Notes: a model not told the origin generated them from the sequence alone. A DNA stretch of 64,000 nucleotides from Candidatus Moraniibacteriota bacterium (GCA_013334245.1 JAAXXZ010000001.1:54675-118674); one strand, 5' to 3'; shown: positions 17,515-27,988, numbered from the stretch's first letter. A program made the numbers and translations.

Positions 17515-19299
17515 CTATCGAAGTCCTATATGTACATCCCTCAGCTGCTTTTCGCCGATCGCACCCGGGCTCTCCATCATGAGGTCCCGTCCGGAACCGT
17601 CCTTCGGAAACGCATAGATATCCCGGATGGAATCCAAATCCGAAAGCACCATAAGGATACGGTCGATACCGGGAGCGTTTCCGCCGTGTGGCGGCGCGCC
17701 GTATTTGAAGGCGTTGATAAGCGCACCGAAACGATTATCCACCTCCGTCTTGGAATATCCGGCTATCTCGAACGCCTTGTACATGATTTCGGGATCATGA
17801 TTCCGTATCGCACCGCTCGAGGCCTCGAAACCGTTCAGGACCATGTCGTACTGATAGGCAAGGATATCGAGCGGATTCTGCTCCTGCAGCGCCTTCAAAC
17901 CGCCCTGGGGCATGGAAAACGGATTGTGCTCGAAGTCCACTCTGCCGGGTTCGATCTCGGAATAGGAATACATCGGAAAATCGACGACCCAGCACCACGC
18001 GGCTTTCGAATCATCCTTCAGACCCAATCGTGAACCGCATTCGCTCCGAACCGCTCCGAGACTCTTGCAGACGACTTCCCACGTATCTGCTCCGAAGAAG
18101 ACGATATCCCCTACCTTCGCTCCGAGCTCTGAAACGAGTTCGGCGGCAAAGTCGTTCCCGAGAAATTTCACGATGGGCGATTGTAGCTCTCCTCCCTCAC
18201 GCACGATCACGTACGCGAGACCTTTCGCGCCCTTGCTCTTGGCGATTTCGACCAGCTCGTCGATTTCCTTGCGCGAAAATTTCGCACCGCTCTCGACCCG
18301 CATAGCATGAACGACGTTGCCGCCCGCAACCGCATCGGCGAAGACCGAGAACCCGCATCCGGCTACTTTTTCCGTAACAGGAACGATTTCCATCCCGAAC
18401 CGCAGGTCGGGCTTGTCGGATCCGTATCGGGTCATCGCCTCGCGCCACGGAATTTTCCGGAACCGCCCTTCGGCATCGAGATTCACGACCTTCTTCTTGG
18501 AAAACTTTTCCGTCAGCTCGAGCATCAATGGCTCCATGATGGCGAACACGTCGTCTTGGGTCACGAAGCTCATCTCCATATCGAGCTGATAGAATTCGCC
18601 GTAATGACGGTCCATCCGAGGATCTTCGTCTCGGAAACAAGGTGCGATCTGGAAGTAGCGGTCCAGCCCCCCGACCATGAGGAGTTGCTTGAACTGCTGT
18701 GGTGCCTGCGGAAGCGCATAGAATTTCCCGGGATGCAGTCGGGACGGGATGACGAAATCCCGTGCGCCCTCGGGTGAGGAATTCGCCAAAATCGGCGTCT
18801 GCACCTCGAGGAATCCACGAATATGGAAATACTCCCGCATGTGTCGGATATATTCGGCCTTCAAACGGAGAAGCTCCTGCAGCTCCGATCGGCGAAGATC
18901 CACAAACCGGTACTGCAGCCGCAGGCCTTCATTCGTTTCGGAAGCCTGCTTTCCACTGATTTCGAACGGCGGCGTTTCGGATTCGTTCAACACTTCGAGG
19001 CTTCGCACCTCGATCTCGATCGCGCCGGTCGCAATTTCGGTATTCACCATCGCATCCGGTCGAGCCACGACCTTTCCCATAACCGAAACCACCCATTCGC
19101 TCCGAAGTGAATCGGCCTTCTCCCACATATCCTCCCCGACGTTCGGATGGAATGTGATCTGCGTAAGGCCGTATCGGTCCCGAAGATCGATGAATATTAT
19201 TCCGCCGTGATCCCTCCGGCGATGCACCCAACCGGCGAGCGTCACTTCCCTCCCGACGGATGTCGCGTCGAGCTCCCCACACGTATGCGTCCTCATCAT
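17515..19299 (-). CDS. aspS: aspartate--tRNA ligase
   Basis: MMRTHTCGEL N-terminus, OB domain, class II motifs (FYALPQAPQQFKQLLMVGG, GGNAPGIDRILMVLSDLDSIRDIYAFP). 594 aa with GAD insertion. Start at ATG M17. Confidence 0.9.
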   Translation of the reverse strand: MMRTHTCGELDATSVGREVTLAGWVHRRRDHGGIIFIDLRDRYGLTQITFHPNVGEDMWEKADSLRSEWVVSVMGKVVARPDAMVNTEIATGAIEIEVRSLEVLNESETPPFEISGKQASETNEGLRLQYRFVDLRRSELQELLRLKAEYIRHMREYFHIRGFLEVQTPILANSSPEGARDFVIPSRLHPGKFYALPQAPQQFKQLLMVGGLDRYFQIAPCFRDEDPRMDRHYGEFYQLDMEMSFVTQDDVFAIMEPLMLELTEKFSKKKVVNLDAEGRFRKIPWREAMTRYGSDKPDLRFGMEIVPVTEKVAGCGFSVFADAVAGGNVVHAMRVESGAKFSRKEIDELVEIAKSKGAKGLAYVIVREGGELQSPIVKFLGNDFAAELVSELGAKVGDIVFFGADTWEVVCKSLGAVRSECGSRLGLKDDSKAAWCWVVDFPMYSYSEIEPGRVDFEHNPFSMPQGGLKALQEQNPLDILAYQYDMVLNGFEASSGAIRNHDPEIMYKAFEIAGYSKTEVDNRFGALINAFKYGAPPHGGNAPGIDRILMVLSDLDSIRDIYAFPKDGSGRDLMMESPGAIGEKQLRDVHIGLR

Positions 19300-19383
19300 A
19301 AATTCCGTCCGATAAGCTGCGATTCCGAATCTCCCGGGAAATACCACGGATCCGATCGTATAAATTAGTAGGTCGACGAGTCC

Positions 19384-20199
19384 TTAAGATCTTTTCTTGA
19401 ACACATCATTGACCGCATACGCCAGTTCGCTCGGCGTGATTCGCGTCTTCGAAAAAGCCCGATCGACCGCCGAACCCTCGGCAATTTCGGAAAGTTGCTC
19501 ATCCTCGAGTGAGGCTGAGAGAAGGATGATCGGGATATTCTTTCCGAAATCAGTCTGTCGAAGCCGGGAAACTATCTCATGTCCGCCCACACCCGGCATC
19601 ATGATATCCGTGATCAGCATATCAAACCCGCCGGCCATCGCGACATCAAGACCGGAAACGCCTTCGCCTTTCAGTACAACGTCATATCCTTCATCTCGAA
19701 GTCGTTTCCCAAACATCTCGATAAACACCGATTCGTCTTCCAAGAAAAGAATTTTTTTTCCGCGTCTTCCGAGACCGCCCTCGAACCCCGAGGCCGACTC
19801 GCGAATACCGTTTCGTTCCTGTTCTTCGAACTGTCTCAAAAAGCGTTGGATCTCTTCCACAACTTCCGACGGAGTGTATTCCGTCTTCGAAATGAAGCCG
19901 TTCGCACCGAGTTGAAGGCACTCATCGCGATCCTCAGCGCTGCTCAGGTTGCTGAAGACGACGATTTTCAGGTTCTTGTCATATTCGTCGTTGGTCCGGA
20001 GCTCCTTCAGGACCTCCTTCCCGCTCATTTCCGGAATGACCAGATCGAGCAGCACGAGATCGTACGAATCTCCCTTCACGGCACGAAGAACGGCCTTTCC
20101 GGTGCCTACATTGTCGGCATCCAAGCCGGACGTCTCGAATTTCTTCTTGTAGATCTCCGCGATGAACTGATCGTCCTCGACAAACAGTATTTTCGGCAT
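19384..20199 (-). CDS. response regulator with two tandem receiver (REC) domains and no output domain
   Basis: Two CheY-like blocks: ILFVEDD...DLVLLDLVIPEMSG...K and ILFLEDE...DMLITDIMMPGVGG...ILLSAS. Start at internal ATG M21. Confidence 0.75.
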   Translation of the reverse strand: MPKILFVEDDQFIAEIYKKKFETSGLDADNVGTGKAVLRAVKGDSYDLVLLDLVIPEMSGKEVLKELRTNDEYDKNLKIVVFSNLSSAEDRDECLQLGANGFISKTEYTPSEVVEEIQRFLRQFEEQERNGIRESASGFEGGLGRRGKKILFLEDESVFIEMFGKRLRDEGYDVVLKGEGVSGLDVAMAGGFDMLITDIMMPGVGGHEIVSRLRQTDFGKNIPIILLSASLEDEQLSEIAEGSAVDRAFSKTRITPSELAYAVNDVFKKRS

Positions 20200-20268
20200 A
20201 ATCGGTACGGTTAGAGGGGTACCTGAAAACAGTCTATCCGAAACCATGGCTGAAATCAAGGGAAAAGC

Positions 20269-21933
20269 CTATTTCTCTCCCTCTTCGCCGCTCCCGTTCT
20301 CCATGGGCGCCTTCGGATTGACCACCGGTAGTTCTATATAAAACCGGGAACCCTTCCCCAGGCCATCGGATTCTGCCCACATCCGGCCGCCGTGGGCCTC
20401 CACGAAGCTCTTTCCGACGAAAAGCCCAAGACCGGTCCCGGATACGTATACTTTGGTCGTTTCCTGAGTTCGCACGAACTTCCCGAACAGTTTCGCGCCG
20501 TCCTCCTCGCGGAATCCGATCCCTGTGTCCTCCACCAGAATCCGCACCGCCTCATCCCGAACCAGTTCGACACTGACGATCACAGAGCCCTTTTCCGTGT
20601 ATTTTATGGAATTGTCAACCAAGTTCGAGACCGCCTCGCGCATCTTGCTTGGGTCGATCATCATCTTGGGCAACGCCTTCTTCGGCAAACGTAGTCCGAG
20701 CTCTATCCCCCGGTCCCTCGCGATGGGCATGAACATGTCCACGCGCTCCGCCACCAACGTTTCAAGCTGCGTCGGTTCGAACGAATATTTGATGCGCCCC
20801 GCATCGATACGTGACACGTTCAAAAGATCCTCGACGAGTTGTATCAGGTTCCGATTCACGAGATTGACCTTCTCGAGCACGTCCATAACCTCGGCCGAAA
20901 CCGCCCCATAAGAGCCCTCCAGGAGCAACGACAGGTATCCCTTGATCGCCGTAAGCGGCGTCCGCAGCTGATGCGAAGCGATGGAAATGAATTCCGTCTT
21001 CGTATTGTCAAGTTCCCGCAGCCGCTCATTCGCCTTGGCCAACGAATCGGAAATTCGTTGTAATTCTTCTTTTCGCCGCATTTCTTCGCGAACCGATCGC
21101 ATCAGGGCGATCCCGAAGATCACGACGAGAATGAACGTCGCGAATATGAGAATTTTGCTTGTCAGGTTCTGGACGAAAAGCAGCTGCGACCCGACAAGAA
21201 TCCATATGACGACGGTGAATATATTCGTAGCCGCAATTTTTACATCGAACAGCCGGCGTCTCAACATCGCGTATGTCAACATCCCAATAAATATCAGAAT
21301 CCCAGCCGGCATTATCTGGGACAATTCGTCACCTAGTCCCGTTGAAACCGTATAATCGATAAGGAACGGGAAGAGGGCGAACCAGCATACGGAAAATATC
21401 ATCGCTACGACTATGAGAACTATCTGTTTCCGAATATTCTGTTCCCTGGACTGTTTTCGGGCCTGAATGAGCATCCATACCGAGCGGGCTATGTAAACGA
21501 AAGAAAAAAATGAAAAATAGTAATAGAGTATCCCCGTCTGAGTATTGCAGTCCTCGGGATTGATTTGAATATTGAGATTCGAAAAAATAAACAGGCATCC
21601 GAAAATAAAGGGCGCGAGCAACAGGAGCGTCTGTTTCATTCCCGGAATCCTCCCGAGAAATGACATCGCGAAGAGAAGAAAGAAGGGCATCGCCATGAAG
21701 CCAAGAATCGATATCCTGGAAACAAACAGGTTCATCGCGACGTCATGAATGACCCATTGCGCTACGAGATCGAGCAACCAGAGAGAAAATATTATAAACG
21801 TGATCGCGAGATGCCTAATCACCCAGCTCCGTGCATCAACCGAAAAGAGAAAGAATATCGCCAACAACGAAAACAACAGCACGGGGATATGCGTGTACCA
21901 GAGAAGCATCGGCGTTTGGAAAATGCACTGCAT
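20269..21933 (-). CDS. membrane sensor histidine kinase (HisKA + HATPase_c)
   Basis: Six or more N-terminal TM helices, H-box ISIASHQLRTPLTAIKGY, N/G1/G2 boxes (DNSIKYT, DTGIGF, GTGLGL). Confidence 0.8.
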   Translation of the reverse strand: MQCIFQTPMLLWYTHIPVLLFSLLAIFFLFSVDARSWVIRHLAITFIIFSLWLLDLVAQWVIHDVAMNLFVSRISILGFMAMPFFLLFAMSFLGRIPGMKQTLLLLAPFIFGCLFIFSNLNIQINPEDCNTQTGILYYYFSFFSFVYIARSVWMLIQARKQSREQNIRKQIVLIVVAMIFSVCWFALFPFLIDYTVSTGLGDELSQIMPAGILIFIGMLTYAMLRRRLFDVKIAATNIFTVVIWILVGSQLLFVQNLTSKILIFATFILVVIFGIALMRSVREEMRRKEELQRISDSLAKANERLRELDNTKTEFISIASHQLRTPLTAIKGYLSLLLEGSYGAVSAEVMDVLEKVNLVNRNLIQLVEDLLNVSRIDAGRIKYSFEPTQLETLVAERVDMFMPIARDRGIELGLRLPKKALPKMMIDPSKMREAVSNLVDNSIKYTEKGSVIVSVELVRDEAVRILVEDTGIGFREEDGAKLFGKFVRTQETTKVYVSGTGLGLFVGKSFVEAHGGRMWAESDGLGKGSRFYIELPVVNPKAPMENGSGEEGEK

Positions 21934-21949
21934 AACTTTGTTCTTTTTA

Positions 21950-23254
21950 TCACTTCAACCATCCCCATTCACGAAGTTTTGGAAGATCTCTCGTCATGAA
22001 CCTGAGACCGATGTCTGTCCGGTAGAACATTTTCGGAATGATTATCTTTTTAATCAGCCCATACGCGTTTTCCCTCGCCATCTCGATGGTATCCCCGATT
22101 CCGCTCACGTGCAAAACCTGTCCACCTTCTCCTGAGACATAATAGTTACCGTCTTCGGAACGTGATACTTCCTGAAAATGAATCCGGTTCCATTCGTCCT
22201 CCGTCAGTTTTTCACGAAAAAATATATCCAAATCCTGCCGTTCTATCTTTCTCCCTAGAATGGAAAACGGAAATGGCGGGATCGCCACCAGGATGACGAC
22301 GCCATATTTTCCCTTTTCATATTTGAAATCGTATGGCCGCCCATCGGCCACAGCCTTCAAAAACTCACCCCAAGGCGAGGATGACAGTGCCATCTGTAAC
22401 TGAAGTGCCGGGAACCCGAACCGGGCGGTAAACTCCAAAGGGAAAACTCCCCGTTCGTTCACAATACAGTTAATATCAACATCGCCGTGAAACTTCGCAC
22501 TTCGAAGAAAGTCCGCAACCTTGGCAAGAGTCTCCTTGTAGAGCGGATTCTCTTCATCATCATCGTACCATGTCAGGGTCCCCATTTCGAACGTTTTCGG
22601 TCCGAGATCGCCATCGCAGAGGTCCTTATGTTCAACATTCATTTCGATGGGTCCGACCCAATCATTCCCGTTAAAATACCTTCCTATCCCTATCTCCACG
22701 CCATAAATCCGCTCCTGCAACTCTATGTTGACTATGTGCTTCTTTTTCTGATGTTCGCGATAATGTCCAAGCACGTTTATGACATCACTCCCATCCGACA
22801 TGCTTCCCACATAATTGAAAATCTTTGAAGCGTTCCCATTCTGTTTGATCACCCACTTTCGAGGATGCTTTTTAACAAAATCAATGGCCTCATCAAGCGA
22901 ACTAAAATCCACAGATGTTACAATCCGCACACCACTCGCCCAAAGTATCGTCTGCCCATACGCCCGGTCTTCTTCACTCCGATCCCCAAGTTCGCTTCCG
23001 CCGGTCACAGAATATCCCTTTTTCCTGAGTTGGTCCTGGATATCCCCCCAACCAGTGCCGTCAAACAGAATCAATCCATCTTTCCCGACCCAGCGCAACT
23101 CCCTCTTCCAATCGCGCACTTTCACGATCATTCTTTCCAAATCGACCGACTGTCTCTTATCGGAGACGAAGACTTTGACATCATGCCCCTCTTTCATGAG
23201 TCGGATACACAAATCTCCGGCTGACAAATCATTCGATACCATCAAGATGTTCAT
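21950..23254 (-). CDS. ATP-grasp protein related to phosphoribosylamine--glycine ligase (PurD-like)
   Basis: ATP-grasp signatures (ELQERIYGVEIGIGRYFNG; PLEFTARFGFPALQ, compare PurD LEFNARFGDPE). Lacks the canonical PurD N-terminal GGREHA. Confidence 0.5.
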   Translation of the reverse strand: MNILMVSNDLSAGDLCIRLMKEGHDVKVFVSDKRQSVDLERMIVKVRDWKRELRWVGKDGLILFDGTGWGDIQDQLRKKGYSVTGGSELGDRSEEDRAYGQTILWASGVRIVTSVDFSSLDEAIDFVKKHPRKWVIKQNGNASKIFNYVGSMSDGSDVINVLGHYREHQKKKHIVNIELQERIYGVEIGIGRYFNGNDWVGPIEMNVEHKDLCDGDLGPKTFEMGTLTWYDDDEENPLYKETLAKVADFLRSAKFHGDVDINCIVNERGVFPLEFTARFGFPALQLQMALSSSPWGEFLKAVADGRPYDFKYEKGKYGVVILVAIPPFPFSILGRKIERQDLDIFFREKLTEDEWNRIHFQEVSRSEDGNYYVSGEGGQVLHVSGIGDTIEMARENAYGLIKKIIIPKMFYRTDIGLRFMTRDLPKLREWGWLK

Positions 23255-23274
23255 ATCGTACGCATCCGCAATTG

Positions 23275-23892
23275 TTAATCAGTATCGGTGCCCCACTTCG
23301 CGGTCAAATCCTCGGCTTCTATATACATCGTCGGCTCATCGTTCTCATAGAACGGCCAATGCTCGATCAGCCTCTTCTCCTTGACCTCGGAAATTCTCTC
23401 AAGATAACGTAACGTCGCGGCAGCGAGCCCACCTTCGACCCTGGCATGCATAGAAACCGTGGTCACGTTTCTTCGACGGCACTCTTCCCGCAAACCGATG
23501 AGAAGCTTCAAAAAGCCGGTTCCCTTCCTATACGACTCGATAAGCTCGGCCGTTTCCACATAATATGCCTTTTGGCCGGAGACATCCCGAAACTCCGGAT
23601 CCGCATCCCGAAGCTCATCATCTGAAAGCGCCTCGCTCCGGGGGATCGCAAGAAGATAACCGACTGCCTTCTCTCCCGCCTTGAGAAAAATGTTCAAATT
23701 TTCGGGGTCTCCAAGCCGGCCGCCGTAGTATTCCTCCGCGTCTTCATACTGGGCACCCTCACCGAACGCCGCCTTTTCCAAATCCAAAATATCTTGTAAC
23801 GCCTTCGCGTCGAAACGATCTATTGAAACGGCCGCAAGTTTCCCTTCCTCCGACTTCTCCGGATGGGGAAGAAACGTCTTATCTCCGAGCAT
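23275..23892 (-). CDS. GNAT-fold acetyltransferase-like protein
   Basis: GNAT motif A-like region (YVETAELIESYRKGTGFLKLLIGL). 205 aa. Confidence 0.45.
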   Translation of the reverse strand: MLGDKTFLPHPEKSEEGKLAAVSIDRFDAKALQDILDLEKAAFGEGAQYEDAEEYYGGRLGDPENLNIFLKAGEKAVGYLLAIPRSEALSDDELRDADPEFRDVSGQKAYYVETAELIESYRKGTGFLKLLIGLREECRRRNVTTVSMHARVEGGLAAATLRYLERISEVKEKRLIEHWPFYENDEPTMYIEAEDLTAKWGTDTD

Positions 23893-23921
23893 ATGTTTTT
23901 CGAAATATGTTGCGGAACCGT

Positions 23922-23966
23922 GTAAAAAAAAATCGAGGGTCTGTAACGCAATGTTAACAGACCCTC
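23922..23966 (-). terminator. Rho-independent terminator (GAGGGTCTGT-loop-ACAGACCCTC followed by U9 on the minus strand)
   Basis: 10 bp perfect stem beginning at the stop codon of the 23965..24510 gene. A9 run on the plus strand corresponds to a U-tract on the transcript. Confidence 0.65.
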
Positions 23967-24510
23967 AATGAAAGAACAAGTGGCGGAAGAGATCGGAAAA
24001 GTTGTCATAACCGAGCCCATAGAGCACGGTCCAGACGGCCATCTGGATCGCTGACGCCATCACGAAGACAACGGCCAGGAGTCGGAAATTCGGAATTCTC
24101 CTCTTCAGGAAAATCACGAATTGGTCCGCACCGTCCCAAAGCAGCAGTCTGATAAGAACTACAGACTCCAGCATCAGTCCGGTAACCCTCGATTTCTCTA
24201 TTGCGGCGTCTATCAGCCGCCGAAGCGCTTCCATAAGCGTCAAATCCAATGACGTCTTTTCTGCAGCGATAACGACCGATGCCGACAGCGCCATATTCGT
24301 CACCCAGAGGATGAGAAAGATTCCCCATTCGGGAAATCCTTGGTTTTTTAGGAATCCGACCGCAGTGGCCGTCGCCCCAACCAGCACCCAGTCAACCCAC
24401 TTGATAGCAGGTACCGCAGCAGAGAGTACCAGACCCTTCTTCTTCATCTCTTCGGGACTGTCAACGCCGAAGAAAATCAGAAGTCCCTTTCTGAACATTT
24501 CTTTTAGCAT
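23965..24510 (-). CDS. hypothetical polytopic membrane protein
   Basis: 181 aa with 4-5 hydrophobic helices and an AT-rich promoter upstream. No motif I recognise. Confidence 0.45.
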   Translation of the reverse strand: MLKEMFRKGLLIFFGVDSPEEMKKKGLVLSAAVPAIKWVDWVLVGATATAVGFLKNQGFPEWGIFLILWVTNMALSASVVIAAEKTSLDLTLMEALRRLIDAAIEKSRVTGLMLESVVLIRLLLWDGADQFVIFLKRRIPNFRLLAVVFVMASAIQMAVWTVLYGLGYDNFSDLFRHLFFH

Positions 24511-24589
24511 TGTCGTCCTTAAATATATGATTGTTGATGAACTAAATCATAGTATATTATCATATTTTGTTATTCTTGTCAATAATAAT

Positions 24590-24618
24590 ATAAAAAGCCC
24601 ACAGTGTGGGCTTTTTTG
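24590..24618. terminator. bidirectional terminator hairpin AAAAAGCCCACA-GTG-TGGGCTTTTTT
   Basis: Perfect 6-7 bp GC stem flanked by an A-run and a T-run. Lies 10 nt downstream of the DUF2892 gene stop. Confidence 0.65.
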
Positions 24619-24627
24619 ATTCGTTTC

Positions 24628-24816
24628 CTATTTTTCCCGATGAGTGGTGATCTTGAACGGCGAATAGAGTGGGCAGGAACGGAAGGTTCCCGTCGCAAGC
24701 ATGATAAGCCCCAAAATACCCCACAATGACTCGTAATAGATGGCGACCGACAGGATCAGAACTCCGAGGACGATCCGGGCGATGCGATCGAGCCCGCCGA
24801 CGTTCTTCTCAAACAT
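24628..24816 (-). CDS. DUF2892 (YgaP-like) small membrane protein
   Basis: DRIARIVLGVLIL...ATGTFRSCPLYSPFKITT matches the DRxxRxxxG...TG...CPxY signature of DUF2892. Confidence 0.7.
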   Translation of the reverse strand: MFEKNVGGLDRIARIVLGVLILSVAIYYESLWGILGLIMLATGTFRSCPLYSPFKITTHREK

Positions 24817-24866
24817 AGAAGGGTGGTTAGTGGCGATCCGTCAGCCGAACCGCAATATCTCTATTC

Positions 24867-26048
24867 CTATCCTAGCACATCCGAGACCTCTGGTGAAGCC
24901 GCGGTGTCGAACAACCGGGATACGCGCTTCGCCGCGGCGTCCCATGAGAACGTCTTGGACCTGGCGATACCGCGCTCACGGAGCGTCGTTCTGAATTTGC
25001 GGTCCAGGAGGACCGACTCGAGCGCCCGGAATATCTCGTCGGGACGATGCGGGTCGACCAGGACGCCGGCATCCCCGACCACCTCCGGCAACGATGATGA
25101 GTTCGACGCGATGACCGGTGCCCCGCAGGCCAACGCTTCGAGTGCCGGAAACCCGAACCCCTCGTAAACGGAAGGATAGACGAACGCACTCGCAAGATTG
25201 AAAAAAGCCGGCTTGTCCGCATCCTCCACGAATCCGGTAAGGATAATGTTCCCGCGATAGGGCGAATGTTCGACCTCTCGCGATATGACGCCCCCCTTCC
25301 ATCCCGAAACGCCGGCCAGAACGAGCGCCGTTTTCTCGAGCTCTGGGTGCTTCGCCCGACGAAGCGCATTGTATGCGCGAACGATGGCATCGATATTCTT
25401 TCGCGGTTCGAACGCCCCGAGGAATAATATGAACGAATATGGCAATTCGTATTTCTCCTTCACGGCGGACATCTTCGGGTCGTTCCGGTCATAGGCATGG
25501 AAACGGGCATCGATTCCGCTTGGCACGACCGTGATCTTTTCCGACTCGATCCCGTACCGGAATACGAGATCGTCTCGCGTGGATTTCGACACCGCGATGA
25601 CGCGATACGCCCGTTTGAACAGACCCTTTGGGTCCACGAACGCGTGCCACATCCGCTGTTTCCACGAGAAGGTCTCCGGACAGATGCGGAACGACAGGTC
25701 ATGTGCCGTCACGAACAGCTTCGCTTCGGCGGACACGGCACAGAAATTGATATTCGGCATGAAATAGGCATCAACGCCGCCGATCAGCCGATCGAGTTTC
25801 GGATAGCGGAGATACCACAGCGAGAGATTGAGCAGCTTATTCGGAATCCGGAACTTCCGAATAGAGACGTTCGAAAAACCTTCGGCCCACGAAAGGTCGA
25901 TGGCCTCCCTATGCCACTCGTTCAGAAAGAGTATGTAGTCATTCTCGCTGTCGGTCCGAAAGAGGGCCGAAAGCAATCCTACCGCGTATTCCTCCACCCC
26001 GCTCCGTCGTCCGCTCGCGAGGCATCGAAGGTCGATTCCGATTCTCAT
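24867..26048 (-). CDS. glycosyltransferase family 4 (GT1-fold, GT-B)
   Basis: EGFGFPALEALACGAPVIASNSSSLPEVVGDAG matches the E-x7-E motif region of GT4 enzymes. Confidence 0.8.
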   Translation of the reverse strand: MRIGIDLRCLASGRRSGVEEYAVGLLSALFRTDSENDYILFLNEWHREAIDLSWAEGFSNVSIRKFRIPNKLLNLSLWYLRYPKLDRLIGGVDAYFMPNINFCAVSAEAKLFVTAHDLSFRICPETFSWKQRMWHAFVDPKGLFKRAYRVIAVSKSTRDDLVFRYGIESEKITVVPSGIDARFHAYDRNDPKMSAVKEKYELPYSFILFLGAFEPRKNIDAIVRAYNALRRAKHPELEKTALVLAGVSGWKGGVISREVEHSPYRGNIILTGFVEDADKPAFFNLASAFVYPSVYEGFGFPALEALACGAPVIASNSSSLPEVVGDAGVLVDPHRPDEIFRALESVLLDRKFRTTLRERGIARSKTFSWDAAAKRVSRLFDTAASPEVSDVLG

Positions 26049-26096
26049 ATCCTTGGTTCGCGGCGCCCCTCCGAAACCGTCTTCTTATCATTCAAA

Positions 26097-26723
26097 TCAC
26101 TTGGCCTTCCCCGCCCCGACTTTTCCATCCCCCGTTCCCCGAAAATACCAATCGATGAGGACGATCCAGAATCCGAAAAACGCGCCGAGCGCCACGCCGA
26201 GGAGAAGCAGGAACCGAAGTGGAATCCGTGCATCGCGCACCACCGGATCGTCCGCCACGACCGCAAACCAGTCCGCATCTTTCGAACGCTCGTTCAATTT
26301 CCCGGCTTCGCGGTTCAACACTTCGGGAACGGCCTTCGACATGTCGCCGAAACCGTTCCGGACACCCGACACATAGGTCACCGCGATCATCTGCGACGAC
26401 AGCCGTTTTGCCGAAATCGAATCCGTCACCGCCGCCGATACCCCGGACACTTTCATGACATCCGTCCGGATAGACGGGGCGGCAAGCCACCTGACGACCG
26501 TGTCGGCGAATCGTTCGTCCGCCTGAAGACGATAGAACTGATCGTACGTATAGTCCTGCGTCTCGTGCATGCCCGACCGAGAGACGTTCAACGTGAGGCT
26601 CGTTTCGAATCGTGCCGGCTGAAATCGAAACACGAGCAGCGCCACGGCGATAGAGGCGAAAAAGACGCCTGCGAACAGGTTCCGACGATACGCGAATATG
26701 AGACAAAAGTCGCGAAATTCCAT
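26097..26723 (-). CDS. Wzz/PCP-like polysaccharide chain-length determinant family membrane protein (tentative)
   Basis: N- and C-terminal TM helices bracketing a soluble domain of about 140 aa. Sits between two glycosyltransferase genes. Confidence 0.4.
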   Translation of the reverse strand: MEFRDFCLIFAYRRNLFAGVFFASIAVALLVFRFQPARFETSLTLNVSRSGMHETQDYTYDQFYRLQADERFADTVVRWLAAPSIRTDVMKVSGVSAAVTDSISAKRLSSQMIAVTYVSGVRNGFGDMSKAVPEVLNREAGKLNERSKDADWFAVVADDPVVRDARIPLRFLLLLGVALGAFFGFWIVLIDWYFRGTGDGKVGAGKAK

Positions 26724-26812
26724 AGATTCAACAACCGGTTAACGGTGAGCGGATAACAGAGGAGCGGATGAGCCGACATACCGGATGAAACATAAAGGGT
26801 GCATTTTTTTAT

Positions 26813-26864
26813 CGTTCCCCGTTCCCGGTTCCATGTTCCCCGTTATCTGTTATTTGATTTCCGT
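26813..26864. repeat. dispersed repeat motif A copy (CGTTCCCCGTTCCCGGTTCCATGTTCCCCGTTATCTGTTATTTG)
   Basis: Sequence similarity to 35229-35282, 9375-9408 and 43089-43133. Confidence 0.5.
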
Positions 26865-27952
26865 TTTTCGGCCAGCGCAGCCTCAACATACTCCCTTATT
26901 CTCCTCTTAAATACCTCCTTGTCAAACGGAACCGCCCTTTCCCTGATCCGATCCGGATTAAATGTCGCATCATTGAAACCAGAAACGGCATCCACGATCG
27001 CCTCCGGTGTCTGCTCTTCGAAAAATATCCCGGATACCCCCTCCTCGATACGCTCCTCCACATCCCCTCCCCGATAGGCGATGACCGGCCGCCCCGACGC
27101 CAGGGCCTCCATGGCCACGATGCCGAAATCCTCCTCCTGAGGAAAGATGAAGGCGCGACATTCGGCATAGAGCCGGGCCAATTCGTCGTCGGGAACACGT
27201 CCGAGAAACGTCACGTTCGGGCCGGCCATCTTCCGAAGACGCCTCAGCTCCGGTCCGCGACCGGCGATCTTGAGCGGAATGCCGAGCCGGGTGAATGCCT
27301 CGACGGCGATATCGAAACGTTTGTACGTGATCAGACGTCCCACCATGAGGAAATAATCACCACGCTTTTCCGAAGGCCGAAACCGGGTCGTATCGACCGG
27401 CGGCGGCACGACTTTCGCCTCTCGCCCGTAATATTTTCTGATGCGCCGCGAGACGAACCCCGAATTCGCCAAAATGAGATCCGGCCGATCGGCGCTCGCC
27501 TTGTCCCACAGTCGAAGCGGATTCATGAAAAACGGTACCGCATGACGTATGATCCTCGGAAAGCCGAAGTCCTCGGTATATTTCTGACAGTCGTCCCACG
27601 CGTACCGCATGGGAGTATGGATATACGAGATGTGCAACGTTTCCGGCCTCGTGAGGGCCCCCTTCGCGAAACTCGCCGAATCGGACAACACGACGTCGTA
27701 TCCGGAAAAATCGAACTGCTCGATGGCTCCGGGCATCAGGAGCGGAAAGATTCGATGCGACCGTCGTGCGCCCGGAAGGCGTTGCAGAAAGGACGTATAC
27801 ACCCGGGCATCGTCAAAACACCCATGCACCGACTCGCGGTCATGGATAAGCGTATAGATCGGGGCGTCGGGATAGACTTCCCGAAACGCCTGCAGCACCT
27901 GCTCCGCCCCGCCGTATTGCACCAGATAGTCGTGAACCAGGGCGATTTTCAT
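26843..27952 (-). CDS. glycosyltransferase family 4
   Basis: MKIALVHDYLVQYGGAEQV N-terminus and C-terminal E-x7-E region (EDFGIVAMEALASGRPVIAY). Confidence 0.8.
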   Translation of the reverse strand: MKIALVHDYLVQYGGAEQVLQAFREVYPDAPIYTLIHDRESVHGCFDDARVYTSFLQRLPGARRSHRIFPLLMPGAIEQFDFSGYDVVLSDSASFAKGALTRPETLHISYIHTPMRYAWDDCQKYTEDFGFPRIIRHAVPFFMNPLRLWDKASADRPDLILANSGFVSRRIRKYYGREAKVVPPPVDTTRFRPSEKRGDYFLMVGRLITYKRFDIAVEAFTRLGIPLKIAGRGPELRRLRKMAGPNVTFLGRVPDDELARLYAECRAFIFPQEEDFGIVAMEALASGRPVIAYRGGDVEERIEEGVSGIFFEEQTPEAIVDAVSGFNDATFNPDRIRERAVPFDKEVFKRRIREYVEAALAEKRKSNNR

Positions 27953-27988
27953 AGCCGTATGGGCATTATAGCAGACATGCCCGAGAAG

